A stretch of DNA of 64,000 bases from NCBI RefSeq assembly GCF_030028105.1, contig NC_092396.1:40610068-40674067 (forward strand), given 5' to 3'. How positions within the stretch are numbered: the first letter of the stretch is position 1; every line of letters starts with the position of its first letter. The notes under the pieces were generated by a model, which ran no database searches, was not told the DNA's origin, and saw only the letters and a list, made by a program, of their open reading frames with translations. This DNA is from Mobula birostris (Eukaryota). This document shows, one piece after another, positions 1 to 11,780 of the stretch. Position numbers and translations under genes: made by a program.

Positions 1-498
1 ATATTTCAATAAGATCGCCCTTCATTCTTAACTTGAACATGGGTTGTTGAAACTAAGACGCAGTACCAGTTCCTGTTGTTCACTGTGCAGATCTAGGAAA
101 ATAAAGTCAAATACGATGCAACACGTGGTTAGAAAATATGCTGGTTCAAATCAATGCTATGGGAAAAATAGCACCATTCATTTTCTTATAAAACAGTACT
201 CCTTCAACCTAACTACCTGTCTCAATCAATTGTACACATTAATGTCAGAGGTAAGAGCAGATGTGATTCTTATTTGTTTCTTTTTTGTTACTGCTGCAAA
301 ATGAAATTAAGTAATTGCATTTTAAGTTGCACAGGGATACAACATGGAAACATGCCCTGGCCCATGGAGTCCACACTAACATTCAACTTCCCATTTAGAC
401 TAATCCTGTTAGCTTCTCCCCACATTGTTATCAGCCTCTGAGCTTCACTGACCTACAGACTAGAAGCAATTTATATTAGTCAACTTACCAACCCATAC

Positions 499-1320
499 AA
501 AGTTCAAAGTACAGTCATTATCGAAGTTTGTATGCAGTATACAATCCTGAGATTCGTTTTCCCATAGCCACGAACCAAAGAAATGCCATGGAATCTCTTC
601 AAAGAAAAGCACCAAACCCCCAACGCGCAAAGGAAAAGGAATTGCATAAACGGCAAAAAATTAGCAAAAACACAATTTAAAACAGTGAACTGAAGTCATT
701 GAAACAGTTTATGAATGTTCCGCTGAGTTCAATTTGGCACTGTGAAGTTCATTGACTGCAGGCTGCACAGTCAGTCTACCCTTATCAAAATTGCACAAAA
801 TAGCAATGAAAAGGAAGTAATAAGAAACCCAGATGCACATCATAACATGAGCTAGAGTCCAATCTTCAGGCTGCATCCCTCAAGTCCCAAGACGCCAGCA
901 ACACCGAGCAAAAGGGGGAGTGAGAGAGAGACCGAATCTTCCTCTGGGAGCAGCAAGACAGAGACCAGTCAAACACAGATAGCCGATGCTGAGCACATGC
1001 TCACCATTCGCTCTCATTTTTGTTGATTTCAATCTTCCTTGACACTTTAATCAGCAAGATCAGCGAGAAATGGAGTCGAACATGGGCTCATGCTCAGTCT
1101 CCAGGCTTCTTGGCCTCCAAGCTGCGCACCCTGTTCAAAACCTCACTGAACAGCAAAACACCCGACCATTCAATTAGCCTGAAAACACACCATCAAAATG
1201 TAGCTCCTAGGTTCCAATAGTAGAAGAATCATATGTGAAAAAAGTAAAATAAGTAGTTTCATGAACTGTATGAAGGTTGTTGCCTGTAGTACCATTGTTT
1301 GCTGGCGCCATCTTCTCAAG
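499..1320 (-). mobile_element. Non-autonomous Rex1/Babar-type LINE derivative
   Basis: TTTGAAC-type tail at the left end and an AAGATGGCGCC 5' motif at the right end (minus strand). No ORF. Shares blocks with 1712-2555. Confidence 0.5.
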
Positions 1321-1711
1321 AAGACCTTGTGATGTGACAGAAAACCAGAAACACCTGAATAAAAGATTTATGTGCACACTCCACATGGATGCCTTGAAGG
1401 CTTCTGTTCCTTCATCCAAACCTCTGACATCTGATCTTATAACCCTGCATGTGACTTTTTGATACTTAAATTTAGTATTTTATCATATTTTGCTATTGTA
1501 AATAACTGATAAAAATAACCATAGTACTAAGATCCTTGGAAAGAGTTATCGTACAATGTTGTACAACTACTAACTGGGTGGCTATTCATTTATGTGACTA
1601 TTTATCAATAGACTTTTAAATAAAAAGCTGAATCCCCCAAAAAAAGTCACAGTTCACACCATTGATGCATAAGTGAGCTCAAGTCCTACAAGGCAGCTGG
1701 GAAATTTATCT

Positions 1712-2555
1712 TCAGTTCAAAAGTTCATTTATTATAATCAAAAGTATACAACTCAAATTCTTCTTCTCTGGGTAGCCATAAAACCAAGAAGGAAAAGAAA
1801 GACAACATGATCATCAGCCCCTAAATACCCCCTCCCTGCACAAGAAAGCAAACAAAAATGGAACAGGCACATAACCCCCAAATTGTTCCTGCACAGAAAA
1901 AACAAACAAAATGGAACACGCACATCGACCCCTGTAACCCCCCACCCCCACAAAAAAACAAGAAAGATCGGGTGAAAAACAGAATACAAAAAACACTATA
2001 AGACCAAGAAAGTCTATAGTCCAAGTCCACATCCAAAATGCAGAAAACCAGGGTAATATCCTCCGGGCACAGTGGCAGGCTCTCCCCTCTGGTTGCATAG
2101 CAGAGCGATCCTCAGCGAACACAAGGCAAGCAGCCAGTGCTCACCTTCCACATTCACCACAATGTTTTACTTTCCCTCATTACTTTAATCCGCGGAATGA
2201 GGTCAAACATCAGCTCGTGGCCCGTCCCGGAGGCTTCCAAGCGCTGAAGCACTCAAACGATCTCCAAACTTCTGCATTCACCTTGATGTTGCAATCTCTC
2301 TCATCGTTTTCATCAGCGAACAATGGAAACTTTAATCAGCAAAATGGAGACCAGCATTGGCTTGGCCACCGTTCCACAGCTTGCCCTCCATGTGGTTCAC
2401 TCATGCTGCCTCTGCTCCCAGAATCCTCTCAAAGACACCCAAATGATCTCCAAACAGCATATCACAGGCTCCAACAGTTCCAGTATCACATCTAAGATGA
2501 AAAACAAACGTAAAAGACATAAAAGAAGTGAAGAATATGGTTTCATGATCTATCC
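1712..2555 (-). mobile_element. Non-autonomous LINE derivative related to 499-1320
   Basis: Same tail (aaagttcatttattat) and shared internal blocks such as ctttaatcagcaa and aaaagaagtgaa. Confidence 0.45.
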
Positions 2556-2559
2556 CAAA

Positions 2560-2712
2560 GATAGAAACATAGAAAATAGGTGCAGGAGTAGGCCATTCGG
2601 CCCTTCAAGCCTGCACCACCATTCAGTATGACCATGGCTGATCATCCAACTCAGAACACGGTACCTGCCTTCCCTCCATACACCCGATCCCTTTAGCCAC
2701 AAGGGCCATATG
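2560..2712 (-). mobile_element. CR1 3' tail fragment
   Basis: atagaaacatagaaaataggtgcaggagtaggcc, the reverse complement of the CR1 3' end seen at 32080-32200. Confidence 0.75.
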
Positions 2713-2720
2713 TTGACTAA

Positions 2721-3150
2721 AGCCCAATTTATACTTCTGCGTCAAGTGTACGCCGTAGGGTGACGTGCACCTCCCCAAAAATGTAACTCACACATCGCGG
2801 CGACGCAGACCGCAACAACTGTGATTGATCGGCTTCGTAGCATCGCATTTCCCATTGCTTTTCTCTGCCATGTCTGTACACTGATGCAAAATAAATGGTT
2901 GGAGACGATGAACCAAGTCGTCAAATCTACCTGCAGACATCCGAAAATATTTGAAATGCACTTCCTCGTCCATGTCTCTCATGAAGAAACTGAACACAGT
3001 GGCATAGAAACCCCACCACCAAGTAGCATTTTGGCAATGAATTACAGAGCGACGCAGACACAACTACGCATGCTTGCTACAGCGTAGGGCTACACAGAAG
3101 TATAAATCAGGCCTATGGCGTAGCCTGTACGCACAAGTATAAATCAGCCT
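2721..3150 (-). mobile_element. PIF/Harbinger internally deleted element
   Basis: TIRs AGCCCAATTTATACTTCTGCGT / ACGCACAAGTATAAATCAGCCT, TAA TSD at 2718-2720 and 3151-3153. Internal peptide [20 protein letters not shown] resembles the Harbinger transposase N-terminus. Confidence 0.85.
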
Positions 3151-4341
3151 TAAAGGAGCATTGTATGCAGGTGCCATCTTGACTGGAAAGTACAATTAAA
3201 TAAAGTAAGATTTTGTTCAAGGGTAAGTTTGCTTCCACAAAATAAATAAATAAATAAATAAATAAAAAATTTTTTTTAACTACCACATTACTATTAAAAA
3301 GCAATCTAATTCTTTCCTTCAGGAAAGAAAATGTGCGAACTTACCATATCTCACAAAGGAATAAAGAAAAACTGGTCCTTATGTCCAGAATGGTGCTTCG
3401 AAGTTCAGAAGTTATCTTGTTGAGCCTCTATCATGTATTCTATTGATATCATACCTTTGTCATAGTTTCAGTTGCTTAATATTTTCTAATGTAAATCCAT
3501 TGCTTCTATGTTTAATGACCCCCTTCCCAGTACAGGTTAGTCATATTGTGTCTATTATTTATTATTTCATTATAAGTTTTATGTACACCCCAGTTTGGGA
3601 TGGTTACAGTATGTATCCATAGCCTTATATGTAGCTTTGATATTCTCCTCCGATTACTCCCTACCTTTGATCCTTAATCCTTGACCAATTTTGTCTCAAA
3701 ATTGTATTTTACTTTTGATGGTGCATCTCTTCATCTTTATTCCTTTGATAGAGCGGACTTCATTTCAGTCACATACTCAGTATTTGGGATTCCAGTGTTA
3801 AATTGAAGAAACAATGGTTGATCTAATGTGTGTTTCACTTCAAGATGTCTTACTCACCAGGTGCCAGTGTTACCTTGCGGCAGAAGATTTTATTACCATT
3901 ACCATTGGCAAGCAGGTCCAATTTATTCTGCACTTATTTCCAAGTTGTATGCTTTAGGAATAAATTAGTTGGAGAAGTCATTAATCTGTGCCCCTTTCAG
4001 ATTCATTTCATCCTTGGTAAATGTTGAATTAAGAAAAGGCTGTTTAGGTTTAGTGGTTTCGAGGTGAATGGTCCTGAGTTCGAATGCAGCCATCTCCTGG
4101 CACAATTTCTATCTGTACTGGGTTGAGCATCAAGCTATCAACTTGGTCTCGCAAAAAAAAATTCAAGTGCTACGGAAACAGCAAAAATGCAGCTCGTTGC
4201 ACCACAAGGCATAAAAAGAAACAAGAGGGAAAAGTTTGTGAGCTTGAGATACAATAATGTGTAGACAGATTTGGACAGCATGGGAATAAGTATAAGATCT
4301 GCATATGCTTAAATTCTTACCAGTGTCTCCCCTTTGCACAG

Positions 4342-4507
4342 ATGACAGCAGACCAGCAAATGGGGAAGAGAGAGCAAACCAAGAGCAGACCAGGAGGTGA
4401 GGCTGCACCTCCAGAAAAGAAGCCTAAACTGGGGACTGAAAAGCCAAAAAATCCTAAAAATTTCAAACCATTCGATTACAGCAAGTCTGATTTCAAAGTA
4501 TTTGCAG
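4342..4507 (+). CDS. EXOSC10: EXOSC10 (exosome component 10 / Rrp6) internal coding exon, 4th from last
   Basis: cacag|ATG...TTTGCAG|gt, 166 nt, phase 0 to 1. Encodes MTADQQMGKREQ...KNFKPFDYSKSDFKVFA, matching the recalled human C-terminal motif FTPYDYSQSDFKAFAG. Upstream exons lie outside the window. Confidence 0.9.
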
Positions 4508-5508
4508 GTCTGTTGTAGCTTGATAAAGTTTAATACTTTGGTTAAAACATTGTTTGTTATTATGGAGAAGTGTTTGCAAAGCTTTTGATTGCTTGACAAA
4601 CGTGCAAACTCAGCTCCATAATCAACTGGCATTTTCAAATGAAAGGGACTGTGTCAGTGTATTTCTACTTTGTTAAGATAGAATGTACCACTGTGAGCAC
4701 TCTGCATGTTTGAACAGTGTAATTTTCAGATTCAAACACTTTAGGAGTGCATAATCCTGGCTAGTGACAAGCAGTTTTGGGAAACAGTAGCATTAATCTA
4801 TTGGACAAATAAGAATTGACCAACAAGTCTTTGTGGTACTTTGTTAATTTGGTTATAATTATTAAAAGGTAGGGTACATTCTCCTGTTGAATCAATGAGT
4901 ATTGTATGGTCTGTCCTGAGCATATGGATTAAGAATGCTCTTGGGTCAATTCTAACTTCAGATGGATTAAGCAGTATGGGCACCAGGATAGATCTTGTAC
5001 CCTACCTGTTAAGAGGAAAAATCAGTTAAAGATTTCTGCTTTTGATTACCATCCTCAATCCTTTCTGGACTGTTTTCTGTGCATCTGGCAAAATCAAAAG
5101 TGTATTTCAAAAGTAAATTATTGTATGTGTTAATTTTATTTACCTTGTATACTCTTATTCTGCATCATCACTGTATTCAGAATATTGTTGCCTTTTCCCG
5201 TGATGAATGATGTATTAGCACTTACTGCGTAATGACTTACACAATTGTTGTGATATAGAATGAACCTATTCAGCTCCTTGTGTAGATGAAACATAGAAAA
5301 GTAACCATTGGACAAAGGTTCACTCTGCAAAATGCCCTTTAACGACTTTGCAGAGTGAACGTGTAATTCCACAAATATCGGTGTAGGTGAGATGAGGAAG
5401 GAGGATTGTGTGGAGCTTCTCCTACACGTTGTAATTTTGAAGTCAGATGAAGCAAATTGATTTTATAGTATATACAAACATGTTACAACACTTAATTATT
5501 CCTTTCAG

Positions 5509-5576
5509 CTGGAAGCAAATCCAAGGAAACAACCCAGTTTGATCCAAATCTTCAAGCAGATGCTCCTCGATCTAAG
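5509..5576 (+). CDS. EXOSC10: EXOSC10 coding exon, 3rd from last
   Basis: tttcag|CT...TCTAAG|gtaaa, 68 nt, phase 1 to 0. Encodes AGSKSKETTQFDPNLQADAPRSK, similar to human GNSKSKVSSQFDPNKQ. Confidence 0.9.
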
Positions 5577-6009
5577 GTAAAGCCACTCCTACAAACTGTA
5601 CTATGCTGCAACATTTTAAGTAGTTTCGGCAAGGTTTTGCCATTCCTGCGAAAGATCAGCAAAATTTTAATTTAAAGAAATAATTATTATAAAGAAACCA
5701 TAAATTTTGTCTCTTCATCTTAAAGACAATATCCTCATGCAATGTATAAGCACTTGCCACCCGCTGTATTTATGTTGCATGGCTGGAGTGGAACTGGTGA
5801 GTAACACTACCTTGCCAGACACACTTTCTCATCCTGATTGGTTCCAAACCTGGCTTGGTAATATGAGACAGAGGTGACGGTGGGGGGTTGCTCTGATCAG
5901 TGATAAGACCATTTGTTATATACAGTGCATTAATAATGTGAATGTAGAAGGTATCCTTTGTAAGTCTGCAAGTGATCAGCTAATTGATTGTTTTTGAGGG
6001 TAGTCATAG

Positions 6010-6660
6010 GCTTGTAGATTGATATTGATCACATAGTAAATTGGACAAGGCAATGACAGATAGAATTTAAATCCACTGATTGCAAGGTGATGCAGTTTAA
6101 GGCAGGATAAAATAAGGGGTAGGAGGGATATGCACTGTGAATGGTAGGACCCTAGTATTCAGGAAGAAAATGATCTCAGTGTACAACTCCAAAAATCATT
6201 GTAAGTGGCAGGGTAGATAGGATGGTGAAGAAAGACACATGATTGCTTTCATCAGCTGTGGGAGAGAACATAAGAGCAGGGAGATCTTGTTACAGATTTA
6301 TAAAACATTGCTTGGGCCTTAGCTGGAGTATATGCGCTGTTTTGATTGTCCTGGAGAGTGGTATTGGGGAGATTGCTGTGAAGATTTACTACGGTGTTGC
6401 CTGGATTGGAGCATCTTATTTATGAAGGGATACCGGGTACAGCTTGTTTCGGAGTTGAGGGACTGAGGTGTAATTGTAGAAGTATACAAAATCATGAGGG
6501 ATTTGATAGTGAGAAACCTATTGCCTTTGTATAGCTTTAAGGTGAGGAGTAAGAAGGTTAAAGTGGCTCTGAGGATGAAAATTTTCATCAGGAGAGTGGT
6601 TTCAATGTGGAATGAACTACTTTAGAATGTGTAGGAGGCAGGTACTCTCACAACATTTAG
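6010..6660 (+). mobile_element. Old CR1 3' fragment, resuming at 10751-10880
   Basis: Degenerate CR1 RT C-terminus and 3' UTR, interrupted at cacaacatttag and continuing tttaagagg after the younger CR1. Confidence 0.7.
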
Positions 6661-9600
6661 GAACATAGAAAACCTACAGCATAATACAGGCCCTTCGGCC
6701 CACAAAGCTGTGCCGAACATGTCCTTACTGTAGAACTGCCTAGGCTTGCCCATAGCCCTCTATTTTTCTAAGCTCCATGTACCTATCCAGGAGTCTCTTA
6801 AAAGACCCTATGGTTTCAGCATCCACCAGCGCCGGCAGCAGCCCATTCCACGCGCTCACCACTCTCTGTATTTAAAAAAAACTTACCCTGACATCTCCTC
6901 TGTACCTACTTCCAAGCACCTTAAATCTATGCCCTCTCCTGCTAGCCATTTCAGCCCTGGGAAAAAGCCTCTGACTATCCACACGATCAATGCCTCTCAT
7001 TAGTTTGTACACCTCTATCAGGTCACCTCTCATCCTCTATCATTCCAAGGAGGAAAGTCCGAGTTCACTCAACCTATTCTCATAAGGCATGCTCTCCAAT
7101 CCAGGCAACATCCTTGTAAATCTGCACTGTTCCTCTGGTTTCCACGTCATTCCTGTAGTGAGGCGACCAGAATTAAACACACTACTCCAAGTAGGGTCTG
7201 ACCAGGGTCCTATATAGCTGCAACATTACCTCTTGGCTCTTAAACTCAACCCCACGGTTGATGAAGGCCAATGAACCGTATGCCTTCTTAACCACACAGT
7301 CAACCTGCGTAGCAGCTTTGAGTGTCCTATGGACTTGGACCCCAAGATCCCTCTGATCCTCCACACTACCAAGAGTCTTACCATTAATGCTATATTCTGC
7401 CATTATTTTTGACCTACCAAAATGAACCACTTCACACTTATCTGAGTTAAATTCCATCTGCCACTTATGAGTCTAGTTTTGCATCCTATCAATGTCCCGC
7501 TGTAACCTCTGACAGCCCTCCACACTATCCACAACACCCCCAACCTTTGTGTCATCAGCAAATTTACTAACCCATCCCTCCACTTCCTCATCCAGGTCAT
7601 TTACAAAAAATCACGAAGAGTAGGGGTCCTAGAACAGATCCCTGAGACACACCACTAGTCACCGACCTCCATGCAGAATATGACCCATCTACAACCACTC
7701 TTTGCCCTTCTGTGGGCAAGCCAGTTCTGGATCCACAATGCAATGTCCCCTTGGATCCCATGCCTCCCTACTTTCTCAATAAGCCTTGCATAGGGTACCT
7801 TATCAAATGCCTTGCTGAAATCCATATACACTACATCTACGGCTCTACCTTCATCAATGTGTTTAGTCACGTCCTCAAAAAATTCAGTCAGGCTCGTAAG
7901 GCACGACCTGCCTTTGACAAAATCATGCGACTATTGCTAATCATATTATGCCTCTCCAAATGTTCATAAATCCTGCCTCTCAGGATCTTCTCCATCAACT
8001 TACCAAACACTGAAGTAAGACTCACTGGTCTATAATTTCCTGGGCTATCTCTATTCCCTTTCTTGAATAAGGGAACAACATCGGCAACCCCCCAATCCTC
8101 CGGAACCAATCCTGTCCTCATTGATGATGCAAAGATCATCGCCAGAGGCTCAGCAATTTCCTCCCTCGTTTCCCACAGTAGCCTGGCGTACATCCCATCC
8201 AGTCCCGGTGACTTATCCAACGATGCTTTCCAAAAGCTCCAGCGCATCCTCTTCCTTAGTATCTACATGCTCAAGCTTTTCAGTCCACTGCAAGTCATCC
8301 CTACAATTGCCAAGATCCCTTTCCATAGTGAATACTGATGCAAAGTATTCATTAAGTACCTCTGCTCTCTCCTCCGGTTCCATACACTCATTTCCACTGT
8401 CACACTTGATTGGTCTTATTCTCTCACCTCTTATCCAATGCCTTGGGGTTTTCCTTGATCCTGTCTGCCAAGGCCTTCTCATGGCCGCTTCTGGCTCTCC
8501 TAATTTTATTCTTAAGCTCCTTCCTGCTAGCCTTATAATCTTCTAGATCTCTATCATTACCTAGTTTTTTGAATCTTTCATAAGCTCTTCTTTCCTTCTT
8601 GACGAGATTTACAACAGCCTTTGTACACCACGGTTCCTGTGCACTACCATCCTTTCCCTGTCTTACTGGAACGTACCTACGCAGAACCCCACGCAAATAT
8701 CTCCTGAACATTTCTTCCGTACATTTCCCTGAGAACATCTGTCTCCAATTTATGCTTCCAAGTTCCTGCCTGATAGCCTCATATTTCCCCTTACTCCAAT
8801 TAAACGTTTCCTTAACTTGTCTGTTCCTTTCCCTCTCCAATGCTATGGTAAAGGAGATAGAATTGTGATCACTATCTCCAAAATGCTCTCCCACTGAGAG
8901 ACCGGATACCTGACCAGGTTCATTTCCCAATACCAGATCAAGTACAGCCTCTCCTCTTGTAGGCTTATCTACATATTGTGTTAAGAAATCTTCCTGAACA
9001 CAGCTAACAAACTTCACCCCATCTAAACCCCTCACTCTTGGGAGATGTCAATCAATATTTGGGAAATTAAAATCTCTCACCACAACAACCCTGTTATTAT
9101 TACATCTTTACAAAATCTGTCTCCCTATGTGCTCCTCAATGTCCCTGTTACTATTGGGTGGTCTATAAAAAAACACTCAGTAGAGTTATTGACCCCCTTC
9201 CTATTCTTAACTTCCACCCACAGAGACTCCATAGACAACCCCTCCATGACTTCCTCCTTTTCCATAGCCGTGACACTATCCCTGATCAAAAGTGTCAGGC
9301 CCCACCTCTTTTGCTACCCTCCCTGTCCTTTCTGAAACATCTAAAGCCTGGCACTTGAAGTAGCCATTTGTGCCCCTGTACCATCCAGATCTCTGTAATG
9401 GTCACAACAGCATAGCTCGAAGCTCATCCGCTTTGTTCATAATACTCCTCACATTAAAGTAGACACATCTCAGACCATTGGTGTGAGCGTGTCCCTTCTC
9501 TATCACCTGCCTATCTTCCCTTTCGCACTGTCTCCAAGCTTTCTCTATTTGTGAGCCAACCTCCCTTTCCTCTGTCACCTCAGTTTGGTTCCCACCCCCC

Positions 9601-10750
9601 AGCAATTCTAGTTTAAACTTCCCCAATAGCCTTAGCAAACCTCCCCACCAGGATATTGGTTCCCCTGGGATTCAAGTGCAACCCGTCCTTTTTGTACAGG
9701 TCACCCCGCTCCAATTCCTCAGCCATGCATTTATCCTCCACCTCATTCTATTCCTATATTCACTGTCATGTGGAACAGGCCGTAATCAAGAGATTACTAC
9801 CTTTGAGGTCCTGCTTCTTAGCTTCCTTCCTAACTTCTTGTAGTCTGTTTTCAGGACCTCCTTCCCACTTCAAGATATCGTGGACGCAATCAGAAACATC
9901 CTGGACCCTGGTACCTGGGAGGCAAACCACCATCCGCGTTTCTTTCCTCTGTCCACAGAATCATCTCTCTCTCCCCCTAACTATAGAGTCCTCTATCTCT
10001 GCTGCCATCCTGTTCATTCCTCTACCCTTCTGAGCCACAGGGCCAGACTCTGTGCCAGAGGCATGACCACTGTTGCTTCTCCCAGGTAGGGCACCTCCCT
10101 CAACAGTATTCAAACAGGAGTACTTATTGTTAAGGGGGACAGCCACAGGGGTACTCTCTAACATCTGCCTCTTGCCCTTCCCTCTCCTGACTGTTACCCA
10201 CTTAGCTGTATCACCAGGCCCCGGAGTACCTCTCTGCCTATCGCTCCTCTCTATCACCTCCTCACTCTCCCTGACCAAATGGAGATGATCGAGCTGCAGC
10301 TCCAGTTCCCTAACGTGGTCGCTAAGGAGCTGCAGCTCGACGCACCTGATACAAATGTGGCCATCTGGGATGCTGGGAGTCTCCAGGACCTCCCACATCT
10401 GACTCCGAGCACAGAAAACAGGCCTCACACACATACTTTCTGTCTGTATTCTACACAGATAACCTACCTCACCTCGACCCTTTATCACCGAAACCCCGTT
10501 GAGCCAAAGCCTTCCTACTCTGTCTCCCTCTACTCCGACGCCCATTTTATAAATCTGTCTTCTTTTTAAACTCTTCTCGCTGTTCTCACTGGCTGACCTC
10601 CACATGCTTGTGCTGTTGTGTCCCGTTCAAACTGCTGAAGAAATAACCGTCACCTTTTGAACTCTTCTCTCTTTTAAACTCTTCTCACTGTTCTCACTGG
10701 CTGACATCTGTGCGCTTGCGCAGTCATGCCCCATTCAAACCGCTGAAGAA
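6661..10750 (-). mobile_element. Near full-length CR1 LINE (decayed ORF1 and ORF2) in an EXOSC10 intron
   Basis: ORF1 Cys/leucine-zipper region and esterase-like DSIVRG (9961-10605), endonuclease SDHN motif (8424-9035), RT motifs PGNYRPVSLTS and YMDFSKAFDKV, and a CR1 tail. Contains frameshifts and deletions. Confidence 0.93.
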
Positions 10751-11074
10751 TTTAAGAGGTATGTGAAGAATACCTGAATCGTCAAGGTGTAGTAGGCAAC
10801 AGATCAAATGTTGGTAAAGAAGATGAGTATGGTTCGGCATAGATGTGGTGGACTCAAGGGCCTCTTTGTATGACTCCAATTTCATCACCAGAACTGAGCA
10901 TTCAAAATTGCTTAGTAAGCATTTCAGAAATCTTCAATGTCAATTTGATCATATTTTTCTCGGTGCAGATTTTATCCTAATGTCATGTCCATACAGTTAA
11001 AAATTAAATGCTATTAATCAAATGAACAATGTTAATTATTTTGAAACTGCTCCAAAAACATCTCTTTCCTTTAG

Positions 11075-11142
11075 AAAACAGGAAAGAAGAATCGTCAAAA
11101 TACAGGAGGGAAGAGCATGTCCTTCAGCAACAATTCTGAAAG
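11075..11142 (+). CDS. EXOSC10: EXOSC10 penultimate coding exon
   Basis: ctttag|AAA...GAAAG|gtaac, 68 nt, phase 0 to 2. Encodes KTGKKNRQNTGGKSMSFSNNSE(R), similar to human KQSVGNKSMSF. Confidence 0.9.
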
Positions 11143-11780
11143 GTAACACTAAAAATTGCAGTTAGCCCAACAAGCATGCAGTAAAATCTTGCAGCCTCAT
11201 TTTAAGCATGCCCAGCTTTTAACACTCATCAGAAAAAAGGATAAAGCTAGCTCTAGCTGTATTGTGAAATACAGGCATATTTTTATTTTAAAACATGCTA
11301 TCCTTACAAGCTAACAGTAGAGAGCATCCACTTAGCCTATTATAAACAAGGCCACAGATTTTGTAAGTACACAGTTTAATAAAATATTTAGTTGCTTAGT
11401 ATGATTTCCAGAATATTCCTAAAAGTTTGTTTGATTTAAATCACCCACTTATGTCCTCACCAACGACTGGGTGCAGATACGCTCACAAATTATGCCTGTG
11501 AAAATGTCAGTCTTCATCTTTGAACTTGTCCTTTAGAACATGCAGCAATCCCTTCAACCACTACTTCTATTCAGTTTGATCACAGCTAGTCTGCATCTAA
11601 ATTTCCTTTACCTGCTTTGGACTTTTTCCACCCTTAAAAACTTTGTTTAACAAAAATAACTTAATTTTTAAAACTTGGGTTGATTCATAGAGTCTGGTTT
11701 TTATGGAAGATTGAGAATTCTAGGTTTCCTGGAAGATCGAGTTTTAGGTTTCCAGTCCCCTTTGTGTGAAGAATTATTTT

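Noticed and set aside
44-304. 86-aa ORF with a GAG|gtaaga donor-like site at 250
   Set aside because: No resemblance to EXOSC10 or any protein I recognise.
3323-3392. Possible extra EXOSC10 exon after ttctttccttcag
   Set aside because: Good acceptor but no convincing donor, and no frame resembles EXOSC10.
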